Below are positions 26,380-36,977 of a DNA stretch of 64,000 bases, in pieces. The notes below the pieces were generated by a model. That model did no database searches. It saw only the letters and a program-made list of their open reading frames with translations, and was not told the DNA's origin. Origin of the DNA: an uncultured delta proteobacterium (lineage in GTDB: Bacteria > Desulfobacterota > BSN033 > UBA1163); contig CAWHBU010000003.1 of assembly GCA_963827685.1 (NCBI GenBank), positions 1-64,000 of the forward strand, given 5' to 3'. Every line of letters begins with the position of its first letter. The first letter of the stretch is position 1. Position numbers and translations under genes: made by a program.

Positions 26380-28333
26380 TTTTTATTATCCCTCTCTGTT
26401 CTAAGTCTTCGCTAATGTAATCCATACCTAATTCGTGCAGGGTCTCTTTAGTAGGAATACCATCATTATTCCACCCCTTAAATTTGTAATACGCATCTAA
26501 GAGCTTTTCTTCAAGCTCGGGAAATCTTTTCTTCCAATGGTCCTCTGGCGGCTTCTCATCGGCTCTCCTCAAGCCTCTTCTTACATTAACGGCCCTAAGT
26601 AAAGTTCGGTTCCTCTTATATACCTGCGTGAGGCCGGCTTCATCCATATCGATCCCGGTCGCCGATGAGATAAAACGCGGGTAATTGTGCATGTGATAGG
26701 GAGGCTTCAGGGGAAATGATGACAAACCGGAGCACACCCCGAGGGCGTCATCAATGTAGTGCATCTTCTCTTGCCAGTCAACAATGTCAACGGACATGTC
26801 AACAGTCGGGTAATATGGATTTGAGCGTTCTCCCCGCATTTCCCAGTCCAGAAGATATTTCTTAAACTTTTCATCAGGAACCTGGATCCAATCCTTGCAA
26901 AAGTCTTCTCTCTCCTCCATTGTAGGAAAAGGCGACTGGGGGAACTGGCCTTCAATCTGGGTAATGTTTATCTTCTCGCCGGTAGCATACATAAGGAAAT
27001 AAACGGGATTCAGCATTCCCAGCTTGAGAGGCAGCTGCTCATGTTTCTTAATGTTATTATGAGCATATGCTTCTGCGCCCTTGCCGATCTGTTGGGCTGC
27101 CCAATAAGTGCCATTGGCCAACACATCTCCTATCCCTTCTCGCCGGGCAATTCTGTCGAGTAACCAGTAAAATTTCCCCTCGTTATCGGACGGACATCCT
27201 GCAAAGTCCGCGTCAGTCAAAATGCCGGCATCTTTAAGCTCAAAGGCGAAGGCCATAATTTGCGGGGTTGAGAACCCGTCCACGCCATACTCCGTAGCAC
27301 GTTGAGCGATTCTAAAACCAAAATCCAGGTCTGAATAGGCCGCCATGGTATAAGTAAGTTTCGAGAAACATTTCATCATGTAGGTTGAAATTCCCGGGAC
27401 GGAAATTATTGCCCCGCATTTCATCGGACAGTTATAGCAACTTATTAACCGTTTCCGCACGTTTTCTTGAGTCTCCTTCCACTTCTCTTCGACTTCCTTG
27501 TTCCAATAATCTTTTTTCCGAGTGCGGGCATTCCCCCACATGAAATTCTGGGTGTGCCACTCCTCATCAACGTGTTTCATTTCTTGCGGTGACCCAAGCC
27601 CCTGTAAAATGGTCATTACCCCCGGAACTGGATGTTCTTCCCGGACTTTTATGTACTTCAGCACTTCGTTGCAGAGCTCCATATATTCAGCCGGTCGGGC
27701 AACATTGACGTCCTTTGTTCCACGAACAACTATAGCCTTTACCCCTTTGTCTCCCATAACGGCGCCTACTCCGAGTCGGCTGGCACTGGAGCGGCCCTGC
27801 TCGATGGAAGCCGTATAGACCCTGTTTTCACCGGCCAGTCCGATAGCAGCCACCTGGGCGTTCGGCTCCTTCAACTCCTGCTTAATAAGTTCTGCAGTTT
27901 CAACAGCGCCTTTACCACGCAGATGAGAGGCATCACGTATTTCTACTTTGTCATTGTTTATCCACAAATAAACCAGATTAGGGGACTTGCCGCGAAAGAT
28001 CACTTTGTCATAACCGGCGTATTTCAATTCTGGCGCCCAAAATCCCCCCATCATTGAATATGCCATCAACAAAGTCTGAGGAGAAAAGGTGGAAACAATG
28101 GTACGATTAGCACCAGGAGCAGGTGTGCCACATAAAAGACCGGTGCTGAATATCAGCAGATTATCAGGAGAAAAGGGTTCAGTTTCAGGGGGAACCCTAT
28201 CCCATAATATCTTGGCGTTAGTACCCAAGCCCCCAAGGTGAAGTTCGGTCAATCTTGGGTCAGTTTCCACCTTCTCAATGTTTCCTCGGGATAGATCAAT
28301 TTCTAAATTATGCCCTGTCTCTGCGTACCTCAT
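26366..28333 (-). CDS. bamB: BamB: tungsten-pterin catalytic subunit of class II benzoyl-CoA reductase (AOR family)
   Basis: MRYAETG..LE.DL, LGSPQEM...E.WHT.NF, ISCYNCPMKC and YMMKCF (W-ligating Cys), as I recall from Geobacter BamB. Confidence 0.93.
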   Translation of the reverse strand: MRYAETGHNLEIDLSRGNIEKVETDPRLTELHLGGLGTNAKILWDRVPPETEPFSPDNLLIFSTGLLCGTPAPGANRTIVSTFSPQTLLMAYSMMGGFWAPELKYAGYDKVIFRGKSPNLVYLWINNDKVEIRDASHLRGKGAVETAELIKQELKEPNAQVAAIGLAGENRVYTASIEQGRSSASRLGVGAVMGDKGVKAIVVRGTKDVNVARPAEYMELCNEVLKYIKVREEHPVPGVMTILQGLGSPQEMKHVDEEWHTQNFMWGNARTRKKDYWNKEVEEKWKETQENVRKRLISCYNCPMKCGAIISVPGISTYMMKCFSKLTYTMAAYSDLDFGFRIAQRATEYGVDGFSTPQIMAFAFELKDAGILTDADFAGCPSDNEGKFYWLLDRIARREGIGDVLANGTYWAAQQIGKGAEAYAHNNIKKHEQLPLKLGMLNPVYFLMYATGEKINITQIEGQFPQSPFPTMEEREDFCKDWIQVPDEKFKKYLLDWEMRGERSNPYYPTVDMSVDIVDWQEKMHYIDDALGVCSGLSSFPLKPPYHMHNYPRFISSATGIDMDEAGLTQVYKRNRTLLRAVNVRRGLRRADEKPPEDHWKKRFPELEEKLLDAYYKFKGWNNDGIPTKETLHELGMDYISEDLEQRGIIKNGQD

Positions 28334-28349
28334 TTTTTGGCCTCTCGAT

Positions 28350-28563
28350 CAGGTTACTGAAAAACGCCCATCTGCGGCGTTATCCGGCCGCCTCACCGTC
28401 ACGGCGGCGTGGCAAGAAGTCGCTCCTTACTCGTCACGACGCCACCCCTCATCCTTCGTCATTGCGGCGTACACCCAAGCACGCCTCACTCCTCAGGATT
28501 TCGGGCGCCTTGCATGTGGGCATTTTTGAGCAACCTGCAAAAAATGACTTTTCCAGCAAGCTG
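28350..28563. mobile_element. MITE-like element in the bamB leader
   Basis: caggttactgaaaaacgccca is inverted with tgggcatttttgagcaacctg (28517-28537) and with a second end ttttccagcaagctg; no coding capacity. Confidence 0.65.
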
Positions 28564-28735
28564 ATAGGTATCTCCGCGGCCATGGCCTTCCACTGCGCAG
28601 GTTGTTCATGTTTGTTGCACCCTTGATTGTAAACCCCGTTAGAAAGTCTTCTGCTTTCTAACGGGGTAAACGATCATTAATCTCTATCCAAAATAAATAC
28701 CTTAACCCGAAAGCTCCCCCTTTAGGCGGAAGGCT

Positions 28736-29176
28736 TCAATCCAAATGTTTCCTAAGATTGATAAATGGGGAACGGTCAAAACCAATAGCCTTGAAGAAGG
28801 AAAGCATGTCACCGGCATCCCAGCGCACAACGGTATGGATGTCCCGGATTCCCTCCTTTTTAAAAAATGCGAAAAGTTTCTCGGCTAAGATTCGGCCAAT
28901 TCCAACTCCCATCTGCCGTGGATGTACCCCTACCACTTCGACCCAACCACTTTGCTCCAGACCAAAACCTTCCCCTTTAATTTCTCCTATGATGAAACCC
29001 ACCACCCGACCATCCTTTAAAGCAACAAAGCCTACTCCCTCTTGTTTTTTAAGATGACCCTCTACCTTTCGAATCCACTTTTTTGATACTTTCTTCTGTA
29101 ATATGGATTCCTGGATAGCAACGATCTCAGAAACATCTTCAGCCCTAATCTTTCGGATTTTGATCCCTTTTTCCAT
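28736..29176 (-). CDS. GNAT-family acetyltransferase
   Basis: VGVHP..MG.GIG..L and MLSFFK..GF GNAT motifs; upstream of bamB. Confidence 0.85.
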   Translation of the reverse strand: MEKGIKIRKIRAEDVSEIVAIQESILQKKVSKKWIRKVEGHLKKQEGVGFVALKDGRVVGFIIGEIKGEGFGLEQSGWVEVVGVHPRQMGVGIGRILAEKLFAFFKKEGIRDIHTVVRWDAGDMLSFFKAIGFDRSPFINLRKHLD

Positions 29177-29183
29177 TTTCTTC

Positions 29184-29378
29184 TCAGTCAATCCGAATGA
29201 TCTTGACATGTTTCCCCACCCATCCCGGAGGAAGATAAACCCGTCCACTATTTCCACTCTCTTTGACTTCCTTCTCGATCATCTCCTCGCCGTAGACCTC
29301 GAACTTAGACTTGTTCTGTATATTTATCGAAGGTAGGAGATCAGGTTTGGGTTCTTTTTTTTCTATCATGCCATTCAT
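29184..29378 (-). CDS. DUF2080-family small protein
   Basis: KFEVYGEEMIEKEVK.SGNSGRVYLP..WVG..VKIIR. Confidence 0.75.
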   Translation of the reverse strand: MNGMIEKKEPKPDLLPSINIQNKSKFEVYGEEMIEKEVKESGNSGRVYLPPGWVGKHVKIIRID

Positions 29379-29695
29379 TAGAGGATTATTAATGACAAGT
29401 TAACTATTTCACAATTACAATGCATTAATAATAGAGCGTTTAAAAGTTGTCAAGTCATTATTTTCAAAAAAATAAATAACTATTCTTAATTATAAAATAG
29501 CTACAAAATAATTATAAATGGGAATGAAAAACTTGTCAACAAAAAAATAAAAAAAGTTTAATTGAGGTTAACCACTTGATATTTATAGAGTTATAACCAA
29601 ATCTTGTGGACGGGACAAATTTCAGGCGTATCCTGTTGAGAGCCAGTACATCTCAATATATCCCTTTTAGCAAGCAGGGGAGGAAGGATACGGCC

Positions 29696-29932
29696 GTGAA
29701 GAATGATGCACCCATCGACGAGAAAAAGCAAGAACAAGAAACCCCGAAGTCACTTCTGGAGGAGTTGATCCGGGAAGGGGCGAGACGCCTCCTCCAGGCA
29801 GCCATCGACCAGGAAGTGACCGAGTATCTTGAGCGGTTCCGGGAGGAGAAGGACGACAAGGGACACCGGATGGTGTTGAGAAACGGGAGGTTGCCGGAGC
29901 GAATGTTCGTCACCAGCGTTGGTCCACTGAGG
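29696..29932 (+). pseudogene. IS256-family transposase N-terminal remnant
   Basis: LEELIREGARRLLQAAI..EV..YL...VLRNG.LPER...T.VGP, then truncated. Confidence 0.8.
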
Positions 29933-30257
29933 CTGCTTACGGAGAAATTTGTAAGACCTACAATAAAAATCGGAGAAGATTTTGGTGGTGGAAGTATCTC
30001 TGCTGCTTATATCCATTCTTGATATTCTTTCCTTTGCTTCCGTGAATGCCGGACCAAAGACTTCATGGTTAACCAAATAATCTTCGGTTAGGGGGCTTGC
30101 CAAATAACCGGGGACCGAGAATGACTCCAGCTTTTTTAAGAAGAGGGATACGGCGACAAAAGGCGTGATAGCCGAATGGGAACTCTTTGGCGATTTCTTT
30201 TCGACCGATCCTGAAGTCGTTATCCATCTTCGGCCTCCTTTTATTCTCTGATAAAAG

Positions 30258-30452
30258 TTAAAATATGTTCATGAGGGTCAAACCATTCCCACGTTTTTCT
30301 CCCCTGGTCTTTAAAGAGATGGTTACACTGTCGGAGACCTTCCTACACTTTGGAATGTAAATTGCCCCGTTGACCCCCTGCCCCTCATCAATCGTAAAAC
30401 CGTGGTATCGCTTTGAATCGCTGTCATGGGTGGCGGTAATCTCTTTCTCCAT
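30258..30452 (-). CDS. Small hypothetical protein
   Basis: AGGAGG SD upstream; 64 aa. Confidence 0.45.
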   Translation of the reverse strand: MEKEITATHDSDSKRYHGFTIDEGQGVNGAIYIPKCRKVSDSVTISLKTRGEKRGNGLTLMNIF

Positions 30453-30965
30453 TTCCCTAACCTCCTTTCTTCGTGATGTTAAACAAATTTCTTATGTCCT
30501 CTTTGCTGTTATAGTTTCCTTTAGGATTAGGCTTTCCTTTGTCCGTTCCACCTTCTCGGTTTTTCCTATTCCCATTGGTAAACTCCAGAGCAATTATTGG
30601 AAACGCATCCTTCCTAAGAAAGTGTTTTTTCGACGAAAAAGGGGACAGACAACCTCAATAGATATTCCCCCTTATTAGAAATAGTGAAAGGGCCACCGGC
30701 TAACCCGCGTCATTCTTGGATTCAACATCACCCTGAAGTCAGTAGGCTTAATCAAACTAAATGAAATTAAGCAGTTCTGGTTCTGATGCGAAATCAGTAA
30801 AATGGCCCTTTCACAACTCCAATTTTTTAAACGGTTTTTATCACCGCTGACCTTTTGGACTTGCTTGACAGCAAGGATTTGGTGGATTATGATGACGCTG
30901 TAAGTGATAGTTATTTCAAGAAGTCTTTTGATTATCGCAAGTTGTAAGAAATGCCGGAGCCCTTT

Positions 30966-31009
30966 TTGTAATCAGCGGGTTGGCGGTTCAAATCCGTCCG
31001 TGGGCTCCA
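30966..31009 (+). repeat. tRNA-Thr(UGU) 3' half (att-site scar)
   Basis: ttgtaatcagcgggttggcggTTCAAATccgtccgtgggctCCA: anticodon loop, T-arm and CCA present, 5' half absent. Confidence 0.75.
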
Positions 31010-31224
31010 TAAAAATCAAATAGAAACTCAACCGGGTTAGCCCCTTTTCCATTAAGATCGAATTGGGGGGCATTTAAGTCAAACTTAAGTTTTACATCTC
31101 TATTTCTCATTGATTTCTGTACCAGAAATCTCTGCAAAGTGTATTTTTTAGATTTGCCCATAGAATTTTCCAAAATTTTCAGAATTCTGGTGTGAGTACA
31201 GAATTCTCATCCTGGTGACAAAAT

Positions 31225-31692
31225 ATGGGAAGAGAGCGGATCAGGGCATGGAAGTGCGTTTATTTTTGTATTGCCTGCCTAATGTTTCTTCCACTTTTTA
31301 GCTGTGCGTCGATTAAGCACGCGAGTTTGCGTAATGAAGCCCAGGAATATCTCTTGCGCGGTCAGACGCTCCTTTCTCAAAGGAATTATGATGGGGCCTT
31401 GAACGAGTTTCAAAAGGTTCTTTCTCTTCCCCCGGACATACCTTTAAAAGAGGAGGCTCTTTTTAACATAGGTCTAGTCTATGCCCATTCCGGGAATCCC
31501 CAGAGGGATCTTGAAAAAGCGTTGGAATTTTTTAGAAGGTTAGTAAAGTACTCCCCAAAGGGCTCTCTGGTTGAACAGGCAAAGATCTGGGTAGGAGTTC
31601 TGGAGGAAAATGAGAAGTTGAATCAGGTCATTCGGAAGCTAAAACAGGTAGATATTGAGATTGAGGAAATGAGGAGAAAGAAAACACAATGA
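31225..31692 (+). CDS. TPR-containing lipoprotein
   Basis: Lipobox-like LFSC; helical repeats Y..AL..F.KVL and ALFNIGLVY. Confidence 0.75.
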   Translation: MGRERIRAWKCVYFCIACLMFLPLFSCASIKHASLRNEAQEYLLRGQTLLSQRNYDGALNEFQKVLSLPPDIPLKEEALFNIGLVYAHSGNPQRDLEKALEFFRRLVKYSPKGSLVEQAKIWVGVLEENEKLNQVIRKLKQVDIEIEEMRRKKTQ

Positions 31693-32037
31693 ATGGAGTG
31701 ATGGGAACTTTTCGGAAACCGAGCACCCGAAAAGTGTCACAGAACAGGAGGGGTGAATTTAAACTATTGACCCAACGGATTATGGAAAAACTATCTCTTA
31801 ATTAGAATTAGCCTGTTGGCGGTCCAAATTCGCCCACGGGCTCCAGAATGCCACCAACTCACGATACGCCCGATAATGTGTGAAAAACATTTGACTTGTT
31901 TTTGAAGAATCATAAGCCTGAGAAAACACACCATAAGATGAAGCGAAGAATGATCCTTCATCTTCGAATCCACCATCCTAACCATCTCTCCTCCCTTGCA
32001 AACATCCCCTTTCTACAAGGAATCTGGTGGAGATTCT

Positions 32038-32460
32038 TCACTGCGGAGTAACACGAAAATAGGTACTTACCACATTTGTCGGCTGAATCTTCCCGTCTCG
32101 AATATATAGAACATAGCCTTCCAAAAGACGTGAGCCAGGATTTTTAGTACGAATCTGCACCTTGATCGTTCCCGGTGACCCATAATCTACATCAACTACT
32201 TTGAAACAGTACGGCCCATCCCCTGAGATATCGAAACAGGCTGTTCTGATCTCTGGCCTACCATCTGCCTCAAAAGTGATATTCGCCACAAATGGTGCAT
32301 TTACCCTGATGTTTTCCTTTTCTGGAACGTGCATAGTTAATAATCTTAGCTCACCAGGAGCAAGAGGTTTAGTCGGCACTGTGGCACAGGAAGAAATTCC
32401 TAACAAAACCGTCCCGGTCATTAAAACAGCGACTGATATAGACCTCATCATCACACACAT
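32038..32460 (-). CDS. Putative lipoprotein
   Basis: Hydrophobic signal peptide and ISSC lipobox. Confidence 0.7.
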   Translation of the reverse strand: MCVMMRSISVAVLMTGTVLLGISSCATVPTKPLAPGELRLLTMHVPEKENIRVNAPFVANITFEADGRPEIRTACFDISGDGPYCFKVVDVDYGSPGTIKVQIRTKNPGSRLLEGYVLYIRDGKIQPTNVVSTYFRVTPQ

Positions 32461-32463
32461 GCC

Positions 32464-33078
32464 TTAGAATCCCTTTTCCCTCAACCTTTTTCCTTTTTCC
32501 TTTTCTTTTTCATAGGCCCTTCTCTCCTCGCTAATCATTCTGGAATTGATAGAGAGGGTTCCCTTATGGCGCTCCTTGGAATAGGATAAGGACATCTCTG
32601 TCTTTTTGCCCCACCAAGCATAAAATTCTTCCCCGTGTTCTATCGTAGGTCCTCTCCTTTCCTCTTTACCCATCTTTTTCATAAGCTGCTCAGACTCAAG
32701 GACTTTCCCGAATAGTTCAAATAACTCTTTTTTGAGCGTCTCAAAATTCTCGTCACCCTTAAAGTCAATCCACACACTCGCGAAGTTTCCCACCCAAAAT
32801 GAATAGAATATGTTTTCAAGTTTCGCCTTGCCTATTGCCAAGGTATCCCCTTTTCTTGTATACCAAACTAGATCACTATGGGACGATTTGTCTTGCTCAA
32901 CTTTCTCCATGTCTTTCAACGTAGATATCTCGGCTCCCCACCTAATACCCCCGAAGCCGTCTGGTTCTGAGCGAGGTTTAGAGGACCGGGCAGAAGCAAA
33001 ACAACCTATTAAAAAGATGCTGAATACAATAGCAAAAATCTTAACCTTCTTCATCGCTCCCATTTTCAGTTTTACCAT
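32464..33078 (-). CDS. Putative lipoprotein
   Basis: KKVKIFAIVFSIFLIGC signal; PDGFGGIRWG motif. Confidence 0.7.
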   Translation of the reverse strand: MVKLKMGAMKKVKIFAIVFSIFLIGCFASARSSKPRSEPDGFGGIRWGAEISTLKDMEKVEQDKSSHSDLVWYTRKGDTLAIGKAKLENIFYSFWVGNFASVWIDFKGDENFETLKKELFELFGKVLESEQLMKKMGKEERRGPTIEHGEEFYAWWGKKTEMSLSYSKERHKGTLSINSRMISEERRAYEKEKEKGKRLREKGF

Positions 33079-33210
33079 CTTCCCCTCTCTGCCCCTCTCG
33101 ATTCTATTGAGCGGAACGTGCCCCGTCCCGACCTATCGGGATAGGCGGGGTCCCTGCCTACCGGCAGGCAGGAAGGGGCGCAATATAAAATGAAATTACC
33201 TTGCCGGGAA

Positions 33211-33239
33211 GCCCCGCCCTGTGGGCGGGGAGCTTCACT
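33211..33239 (+). repeat. IS200/IS605-end-like hairpin remnant
   Basis: gccccgccctgtgggcggggagcttcact; 28/29 identical inverted copy at 46336-46364. Confidence 0.55.
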
Positions 33240-33455
33240 TATGACTTACCTTTCAGGTTTTACAGACCTCCATGATTGGGTAATCTGGTACGCACCAAGC
33301 TCTTCGCCACGATTGTCCTCTCCCCCCATAGACCTCCGAATGCTGAGTATGATCCTGCCAATTCTTTGCGTAGAGTGAAGCCAATTTCTTGTCGTGGATG
33401 ATATGCAGATTCTCAGTATTGTTTTCCTCAGCAGTTATAACGAAGCAAGCGGTTA

Positions 33456-33635
33456 TCAGGTTGTTCTCTTTTCATGATACGCTCTAATTATCTTCAGCAA
33501 TTCTTCAATATCCACATCTCCACATTGAGCACAAAGGTAAAAGAGATGAAATGTTCTCCTCCCAATAGTTACGGCAACGCCCTGTAATCCCTCTTGCTTT
33601 CCGCACTTTAAACAACACTCCTGATCTTCTATCAT
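33456..33635 (-). CDS. Small CxxC...CxxC protein
   Basis: CLKC and CAQC motifs. Confidence 0.45.
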   Translation of the reverse strand: MIEDQECCLKCGKQEGLQGVAVTIGRRTFHLFYLCAQCGDVDIEELLKIIRAYHEKRTT

Positions 33636-33752
33636 ATTAATTTTAGAAAAAAATCCCTTGCACCTCCTCTCTCCACTAAGTATAAATTTTGAGAAACGGG
33701 GCCCCCAGTTCATCTTCAGACCGTGAGCTCAACCTCACAAATAGAGCCTCCC

Positions 33753-34439
33753 TCACCTTACAGCTCTACTATCGATCCAGCCCTCTTGGCCATTCTCTAA
33801 CCGGACATTAAACCAATCCCCGCCTTCTCCGATTATAGTTAACCTGTCTCCTCGCCTCACGGTGGCCGCGAGAGAATAACCGTTCCCTGCCCCTGAGCGA
33901 ATGTTAGCAAAGGTCCACGTGACCGTAACAATATTGGTGCCTGCGGGGAGAGTGACATCCATAGATGTTGTCGGTTTCTCAGGTGGAGCGGACTGCGATC
34001 TACCGGCTGGTGGGACAGGGGTAAAAGACTTTTCTGCTTTAATACGCGCCGCCAACTCAAAATCTTCATGGAAAGTGGCCTCCGTGAGCGGAATCAAAAA
34101 ATCTGTTTGGTTTTTTCTTTTTATGACAGCCGTCACCCTTGTATTATCGTTATCAACTGACTCTATCCAAACCCCCATAACTGTCCCCCATGAAATGAGA
34201 CTCTCTCCGCTGCTCGTAAGCATATATCCTTCTGAACGGTGCTCTTCGATATCGTCTGTTCCTTCCCAACGAAAAACTGTTTTAGCAATTTCCCAAGCCT
34301 GGTCGGCATTTATAGGATATACCCTACTTGTTCCCTTTCCCCGTTCTTTAGACCGGACTACGTCACTCATTGTGGTACATCCTGTGACACAAACCCCTAT
34401 CAGAAGGAACGCCATGATTTTCATCCCATGTGTGTTCAT
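33753..34439 (-). CDS. Lipoprotein with C-terminal SH3b domain
   Basis: VTGC lipobox; ANIRSGAG..Y......G..L.I.....W..V.....GWI. Confidence 0.8.
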   Translation of the reverse strand: MNTHGMKIMAFLLIGVCVTGCTTMSDVVRSKERGKGTSRVYPINADQAWEIAKTVFRWEGTDDIEEHRSEGYMLTSSGESLISWGTVMGVWIESVDNDNTRVTAVIKRKNQTDFLIPLTEATFHEDFELAARIKAEKSFTPVPPAGRSQSAPPEKPTTSMDVTLPAGTNIVTVTWTFANIRSGAGNGYSLAATVRRGDRLTIIGEGGDWFNVRLENGQEGWIDSRAVR

Positions 34440-34810
34440 TTGACCAGCCTCCTTGTAGTACCAAATGGCAAGTAGCTTAAAAGAAATTGAGGAGAATTCT
34501 TGGTGAATATGAGTTTAATGGTTTTATTATATAAGGTCAACAACAATTTGAGAATTTAACGGTGATTGCCTCTAACTTTCAGATCACGCCTAATCATAGC
34601 GTCCAAAGAAATTAAGCAGAATCCCCGCAAGATGAAAGCTCAAAATTAAGAAAACTTAATTTTGAGCTAATCCTTCTTTAATATGGGTTTGGTATTACAT
34701 GACGCCAGACTCTTAAAATGCATTCCTCAATCCACTATGAGATACTGGAAACAACATTCACCTGCGGGGCATAAAAAATGTAAGGGGATAACCCAAAGGA
34801 GGCAAAGGAA

Positions 34811-35485
34811 GTGAGACCCACAAGAGCGATACGAAGAATATTGTTTCTTTTAACGGTGAGTTTGATTTCCACCGGATGTGCTGGGTGCGCCGACCTGGGC
34901 ACACAAAACGCGAGGGATCTTCTTCATCATCGTTCCACTAATAGGGAAATGACTGCTCAACGTCCCCCATCTCTTGTGATCGGTTCAAGGTTTATTTATC
35001 AAGATACCAGCTTTTCAAACGGCAAGACTTGCAAAGTCGCCATGATCGTCAAGAAAATGAAAGAGTTTGAGACAAAACCCGCATACTGGATTGAAGTGAG
35101 CAAGGAAGAAGAAAGTTATTTTGATATATACGACATGAATTTGAACTGGATTGGATCATTTGCGGATGGAAAAGAATTGGAATCTGCTGAACCCTGCATT
35201 CGGGTATTCGATTGGCCGTTAAGAGTGGGTAAGAAGTGGAAAAGTGGTTACACGGTAAGGGATTATTCAGGCGGTGTTCACCTTTATCATTCAAAAACTG
35301 GGGTGAACATATAGACCTATGAAGAGGTTAGAGTTCCCGCGGGCACTTTTAAAGCGCTGAGAATTCAAGCAGGCGAAGAAACTCTTTGGTATGCTCCATC
35401 TATAGGATGGGCGGTAAGAGAACAAATTGGGCCTCCGGGTAGGAACGGGTGGCTTCTTGAGTTGGTGGAATACAGTATTCCATAA
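34811..35485 (+). pseudogene. Lipoprotein interrupted by an in-frame TAG
   Basis: Frame continues after TAG 35312-35314 as TYEEVRVPAGTFKAL...WYAPSIGW...LVEY, ending at TAA 35485. Confidence 0.7.
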
Positions 35486-35601
35486 AGAATTGATTCCAAA
35501 CAATCATAGCTTGGTTGTTATAAATATTTGGCAAGAAAAATCGTTAAATTTTGCAGATCGCAAATTTAAATGGAGGATGAAAATTATTTTAAGAGGGGCG
35601 C

Positions 35602-35748
35602 ATGAAATGTCGTCGTTGTGGCAGTGTGATGGTCGATGAAAGATTCTACGGCGCTGATGAGCATTTCTTAGGATGGAGATGCCTCTTATGTAGAGAGATC
35701 ATGCATCAGGTGATTCTGCGGGATCGTCAGGCAAAGGCTGATAGGTAA
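35602..35748 (+). CDS. Small zinc-ribbon protein (48 aa, missed by the ORF track)
   Basis: MKCRRCGSVMVDERFYG...WRCLLCREI; GAGG SD. Confidence 0.6.
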   Translation: MKCRRCGSVMVDERFYGADEHFLGWRCLLCREIMHQVILRDRQAKADR

Positions 35749-35862
35749 AACAGGGGAAGAAGGAGAGAATCTAATACGTAATGACGACTCTTTTATCCGT
35801 TGATAAATGGAAAAATGATAAAGAGGGACAAGTCCTCTGACGATCAAAAGGACAAATCTCCC

Positions 35863-36387
35863 TCAATATGAATTCATTGACAAGTAAGCTTTAACAAAAG
35901 TGTCCGTCATACTATTCATCAATCCCATAATATCATTTGCTATATTTGAGGCTAACCCTGAACCGAAAACTCCTGTGGACCAGGTTGCCGCAATCACCTC
36001 GACTTTAGGATCTCGGTTCAAAAAGCTCTTTTGCCATAGTTCAACTTGGATTAGAAATGAAAATGTCTTATCGTTTTTGCTTGAACCATTCACCTCCATG
36101 TGGAGAATGGGAATATCCGAGGGCAGGTTCTCTATGTATACGACATCGATCTTTGCCTCCCGAAGTTTCAGCTCCACACCAGTTCGAATTCGGTCTTCGG
36201 TAAGGCCGACTCTCTTAAAGTCCTCAGAAACCCGCTTTTCAATTTGCACTACTACAGCCAATTTCTTAAGGCCCTTAAGCGATGGCCGGCTATACCTATC
36301 ATCACCGATGGCAAAAACGACCGACGCAGATATTAAAAAGCTTAAGAACACAACTATCGCGATGATTAGACATTTTTTGCTGCTCAT
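35863..36387 (-). CDS. Secreted hypothetical protein
   Basis: Signal peptide; GAGGG SD. Confidence 0.7.
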   Translation of the reverse strand: MSSKKCLIIAIVVFLSFLISASVVFAIGDDRYSRPSLKGLKKLAVVVQIEKRVSEDFKRVGLTEDRIRTGVELKLREAKIDVVYIENLPSDIPILHMEVNGSSKNDKTFSFLIQVELWQKSFLNRDPKVEVIAATWSTGVFGSGLASNIANDIMGLMNSMTDTFVKAYLSMNSY

Positions 36388-36977
36388 AAGTTCCCTCTCT
36401 TATTATTCTCTTCCCTCTTTTTCTATTTGACAATCCTAATCTCAGCGGGCACCTGCCCGTCTTTGACTTCAAGAGGGAAGAGTTAGAAAAGAGAAATTCG
36501 GGAAAACCCTTGCCCCTTTTCCCCTGAATCCTGTAAGTTATTTTCCAATCGTTTCTCAATAAAAAAGGGACCAGTTAGAGGGGGGGCCAGTAACTGATCC
36601 CCGCCGGTACATCAAAAGAGAGAAAACAAGGAGGTTTTGGTGTACTGGCTTTTTATACATAGTATAACAAAAACATTAGAAGAGGATTAAAATTGAATTA
36701 AAATTTCTTAAGATTCTGGTCGGGTTCATCCTCTAATCTTGAGCTTGAATTCAGGGCTAAGCGTTCGTGTGCAAACAATGAGAGGATAGAGAATATCCCG
36801 CTATAAATATCAGGACGAAATGACTGCGACTAAATGATGACCGAATTATGCCAAGAAGACTGAAACAGAGAGAATAGACTGGAATACAAGGAAAGCCTCC
36901 TGGTCCGATATTATCAAGACTTAGCGGGAAACCAGACCAAGTAACACGGGGGTCTCAAAAAAAACCATATTTTTGCT

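Noticed and set aside
30684-30814. Hammerhead ribozyme
   Set aside because: No CUGANGA...GAAA core in the correct arrangement on either strand.
30930-31009. Intact tRNA gene
   Set aside because: No D-arm or 5' acceptor strand; only the 3' half is present.
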